Source of the DNA: an uncultured Alphaproteobacteria bacterium
Lineage (GTDB): Bacteria; Pseudomonadota; Alphaproteobacteria; ATCC43930; CGMCC-115725
Direction of reading: 5' to 3'
NCBI GenBank assembly: GCA_963788085.1
Contig: CAWBFS010000016.1
Span: 4,639 to 68,638 of the forward strand
Length of the DNA: 64,000 bases
Shown: in pieces, positions 61,046-64,000 of the stretch
How positions within the stretch are numbered: the first letter of the stretch is position 1
Layout: every line of letters starts with the position of its first letter
Position numbers and translations under genes: made by a program
The notes under the pieces: model-generated
The model's input: only the letters and a program-made list of their open reading frames with translations
The model's database searches: none
Told to the model about the DNA's origin: nothing

Positions 61046-61446
61046 GATGCAGTCTATCGCGCTTCTGTCGCCAGGTCATTCTGAAAACGGAGCCGGGCTC
61101 ACACTCGAAGTGACTGTTGTAGCGGCGGCATTGGTGGCGACGAATATGGGCTGGAGATTCGAAATCTCTTGCCGGCATGGCGCGGATATTGGAACTGCTC
61201 CTTATGGCATTGGTGAAGGTCACTCTCGAACCGTAACGCTCGAGTTAGCGTCCACGCTCGTGGTGGAGTTTCGGGTCAATCCGCAGCGTGAACGGCGTCG
61301 GCCGGGTTCCGGCGCGACCGGCGCTCATCACTGGCAAGCGGCGCAGTTTTCCCGGCCAAAGAGTGACATTTGCGATTTGAGACGGGAATATGGGAAATGT
61401 CAGATAAGATCGCCCGTTAATGTCGTCGGGAGGGGAGCATGCGTCG

Positions 61447-62233
61447 ATGCGCAAGTTTTTGGCCGTGCTATTGGGGCTGGTCATGACTGTAGCGTCCGCC
61501 GCGGCGCAGTCGCCGACAGCGGATCCGGCGCTGATCGAGGACCTCGTCGCCGCCAATCGCATCCTCTATGATCAGGGCGTCGTCGACGGCTTCGGCCATG
61601 TCAGCGTGCGTCACGACAAAATCCCCGAGCATTTCCTGCTGGCGCGCAGCATGGCTCCCGGCCTGGTTACCGCCGCCGACATCATGGAATTCGACCGCGA
61701 CGGCAATGCGATCGACCAGACGGGCCGCGCTGTCTACCTCGAACGATTTATCCACAGCGAGATCTACAAGGCCCATCCCGAGATCAAGGCGGTCGTGCAC
61801 AGCCATTCGCCGGCGGTGATCCCATTCGGGGTGACCAGCGTAAAACTTCGGCCGGTGTTTCATCTGAGCTCGTTCCTCGCGGGCGGGGCGCCGGTGTTCG
61901 AGATTCGTGAGGTCGGGCGGCTTCGCCACCGACATGCTGATCCGCACCCCCGAACTCGGCGCGGCGCTGGCCCGCACACTCGGAGCCGCGCCGGTCGCGC
62001 TGATGCGCGGCCATGGCGATGTCGTCGTCGCCCCCTCCCTCCAGGAAGCTGTCTTTCGCGCGGTCTATACCGAAGTCAATGCCCGGCTCGAAGCCGAGGC
62101 GCTCCAGCTCGGCCAGGGCCAGGTTGTCTTTCTGAACGACGAGGAAGCGGCCAAGGCGACCGCGACCAATGCCGGCGTCCTGGTGCGCGCCTGGGATTTG
62201 TGGAAGGCAAGGGCGCTCGCGGCGGCACGCTGA
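61447..62233 (+). pseudogene. Class II aldolase/adducin-family protein with N-terminal signal peptide, one frameshift
   Basis: MRKFLAVLLGLVMTVASAAAQ, then GFGHVSVR and VVHSHSP motifs. After FEIREVG the continuation GFATDMLIRTPELGAALA...MRGHGDVVV is in another frame (change near 61915-61918). Confidence 0.75.
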
Positions 62234-62255
62234 TCTATACGCCCCGCATATAAAA

Positions 62256-63270
62256 TTAGACCGACAACACGTCGCCAAGATCGCCGGCGGGGAGTGCCGG
62301 ACGGTGGCTGAACTGCACGCAGGCGACCGCGCGGCCGGGCTCTGAGCGGTAGAGGGTAGGCTGCGCACCAAGGCAGTCCGGGCCGGCGAGCGGGCACCGA
62401 TCGACAAAGCAGCAGCCCGCGGAGGTGGTAGTAGCGGCGGGAGCAGCTCGCCCGGCTTCGCCCTCCGCAAGCCAGTCGCGCGCCACTTGGGCACGCGGGA
62501 TCGCCGAGATCAGCAGTTGCGTGTAAGGGTGCTGGGGAGCCTTCACCACCAGCTCCACCTTGCCTGCCTCGGCGACGTGAGCGCGGTAGAGCACGATGAT
62601 TGTGTCGCTCACCTGATAGGCGGTGGCAAGATCGTGAGTGATGTAGAGGATCGAGATGCCGCGCTCGTCGGTGAGCTTGCGCAACGAGCCGAGGATCGTC
62701 GCCCGCAGTGAGGCGTCGACCATCGAGACCGGCTCGTCGGCAACGATCAGCTTCGGCTCGAGCAGCAGCGCGCGCGCCACCATCACGCGCTGGCGCTGGC
62801 CGCCTGACAGCTGGTGCGGGAAACGGCCGAGGATCTCTTCCGGCTGCAACCCGACGACGCGCAGGGTCTCGCCGATCAGCTCCCTTGCCTGCGCGCGCGA
62901 GGCGGCAAGGCGGAAGCGGCGCACCGGCGTCGTAAGCACGTGATCGACCCGATAGAACGGGTTGTAGACGCCGTAGGGGTCCTGAAACACCGCTTGCACA
63001 TCGCGACGGAAGGCGCGTCGCTCGTCGCGCGTCAACTTGCGCAGATCGCTGCCCCGATACCGGATGGAACCGCCGCTGGGCTCGGTCAGGCCAAGGAGCA
63101 GGCGGGCGAGGGTGGTCTTGCCCTGAGCCGCTTTCGCCGACTACGGCGATGATCGAGGGTTTCTCGGCATGGATCGCGAGCGACAGCCCGGCGAGCGCGA
63201 GCGTGCTCTCGCGCCCAAGCCCGCCGGCGAAGCGCTTGCTGACGTCGACGGCTTCGACTAGCGAGACCAT
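62256..63270 (-). pseudogene. Oligopeptide/dipeptide ABC transporter ATP-binding protein (DppF/OppF-like), one frameshift
   Basis: The Walker A motif is broken: VGESGSG then a frame change at about 63120 to KTTLARLLLGL. The signature LSGGQRQRV and Walker B LIVADEPVS are intact. Confidence 0.8.
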
Positions 63271-63274
63271 GCGA

Positions 63275-64000
63275 TCACGCCAGATGGCACGCCACCTGAG
63301 CGCCGTCGATATCGCGCAGCTCGGGTTTTTCGGTCCGGCAACGGCCCACCGCCAGCGTGCAGCGCGGATGAAAGGCGCAGCCGCCCGGCAGGTCGCGCAG
63401 CAGCGGCGCCAGACCGGGGATGCCGCGCGAGGGCGCCGCGCGCGTCGAGCGAAGGCAGCGAGGCGATGAGCGCCCGCGTATAGGGATGGCGCGGCCGGGT
63501 GATGATCTCGGCGATCGGCGCCACCTCGACCAGGCGCCCGGCGTACATGACGGCGAGCCGGTCGACGAACTGCGCCATCAGCCCCATGTCGTGGCCGACC
63601 AGGATCACCGCTGCGCCGAGCTCCTGCTGCACTCGCGCGAGCGTCGCCATGACCTGGCGCTGCACCACGACATCGAGCGCGCTCGTCGGTTCGTCGGCGA
63701 TGATCACCTTGGGGCGCAAGCAGATGGCAATGGCGATGCAGGCGCGCTGCTTCATGCCGCCGGACAGCTCGTGCGGATACATCCGCGCCACACTCTCAGG
63801 CAGAGCCGACCTCCGCCAGCAACGCAGCGATGCGCCGTTCCGCCTCGCCGCGAGTTAGAGGCAGCCCATGCTCGGCGAAGGCATCGCCGATCTGCTCCCC
63901 GATGCGCAGCACCGGGTTGAGCGAGTTCATCGAGCCCTGCGGTACCAGCGCGATGCCGGCGAGGCGCAACGCACGCATCCCATCCTCGTCGAGGTCCCCG
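63275..64000 (-). pseudogene. Oligopeptide/dipeptide ABC transporter ATP-binding protein (DppD/OppD-like), partial at the window edge, two frameshifts
   Basis: LSGGMKQR and IIADEPTSALDV motifs. Frame changes lie near 63795 and 63425; the C-terminal reading GIPGLAPLLRDLPGGCAFHPRCTLAVGRC... ends at TGA 63275-63277. The N-terminus lies beyond nt 64000. Confidence 0.75.

Overview
High-GC (about 65%) chromosomal segment, by gene content and protein similarity an alphaproteobacterium, probably Hyphomicrobiales/Rhizobiales. The backbone is ordinary housekeeping and signalling. It includes yghU, xseB-ispA-dxs, recA, a CckA-like hybrid kinase, dksA, a SciP-like DUF1153 protein, thyX, gmd-fcl, tRNA-Phe and a 1052-aa dCache hybrid histidine kinase coupled to an EAL protein. 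Accessory metabolic genes lie between these. Four things stand out. (1) By my reading about 15 of about 54 non-IS genes carry frameshifts or in-frame stops, at least 27 lesions in all and often several per gene. All long housekeeping genes are intact, and two degraded IS3-family elements are present; one of them splits a DUF1801 gene with a clean 3-bp target duplication. This is either real genome erosion or indel-prone sequencing, and I cannot fully separate the two without reads. (2) A DUF559 (Vsr-like) nuclease gene is boxed in by 41-nt inverted repeats identical at 40 of 41 positions. This REP/RAYT-like or MITE-like unit is my best candidate for something undescribed. (3) An unusual cluster combines an enoyl-CoA hydratase, a CoA-transferase, a split TPP decarboxylase and an HTH::citrate-synthase fusion. 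(4) An orphan heme-oxygenase-like di-iron enzyme sits next to an MFS transporter with a low-GC 5' end. I found no CRISPR array, prophage, rRNA or recognisable defence system. All calls come from reading the ORF translations and the DNA by eye; no searches were run.
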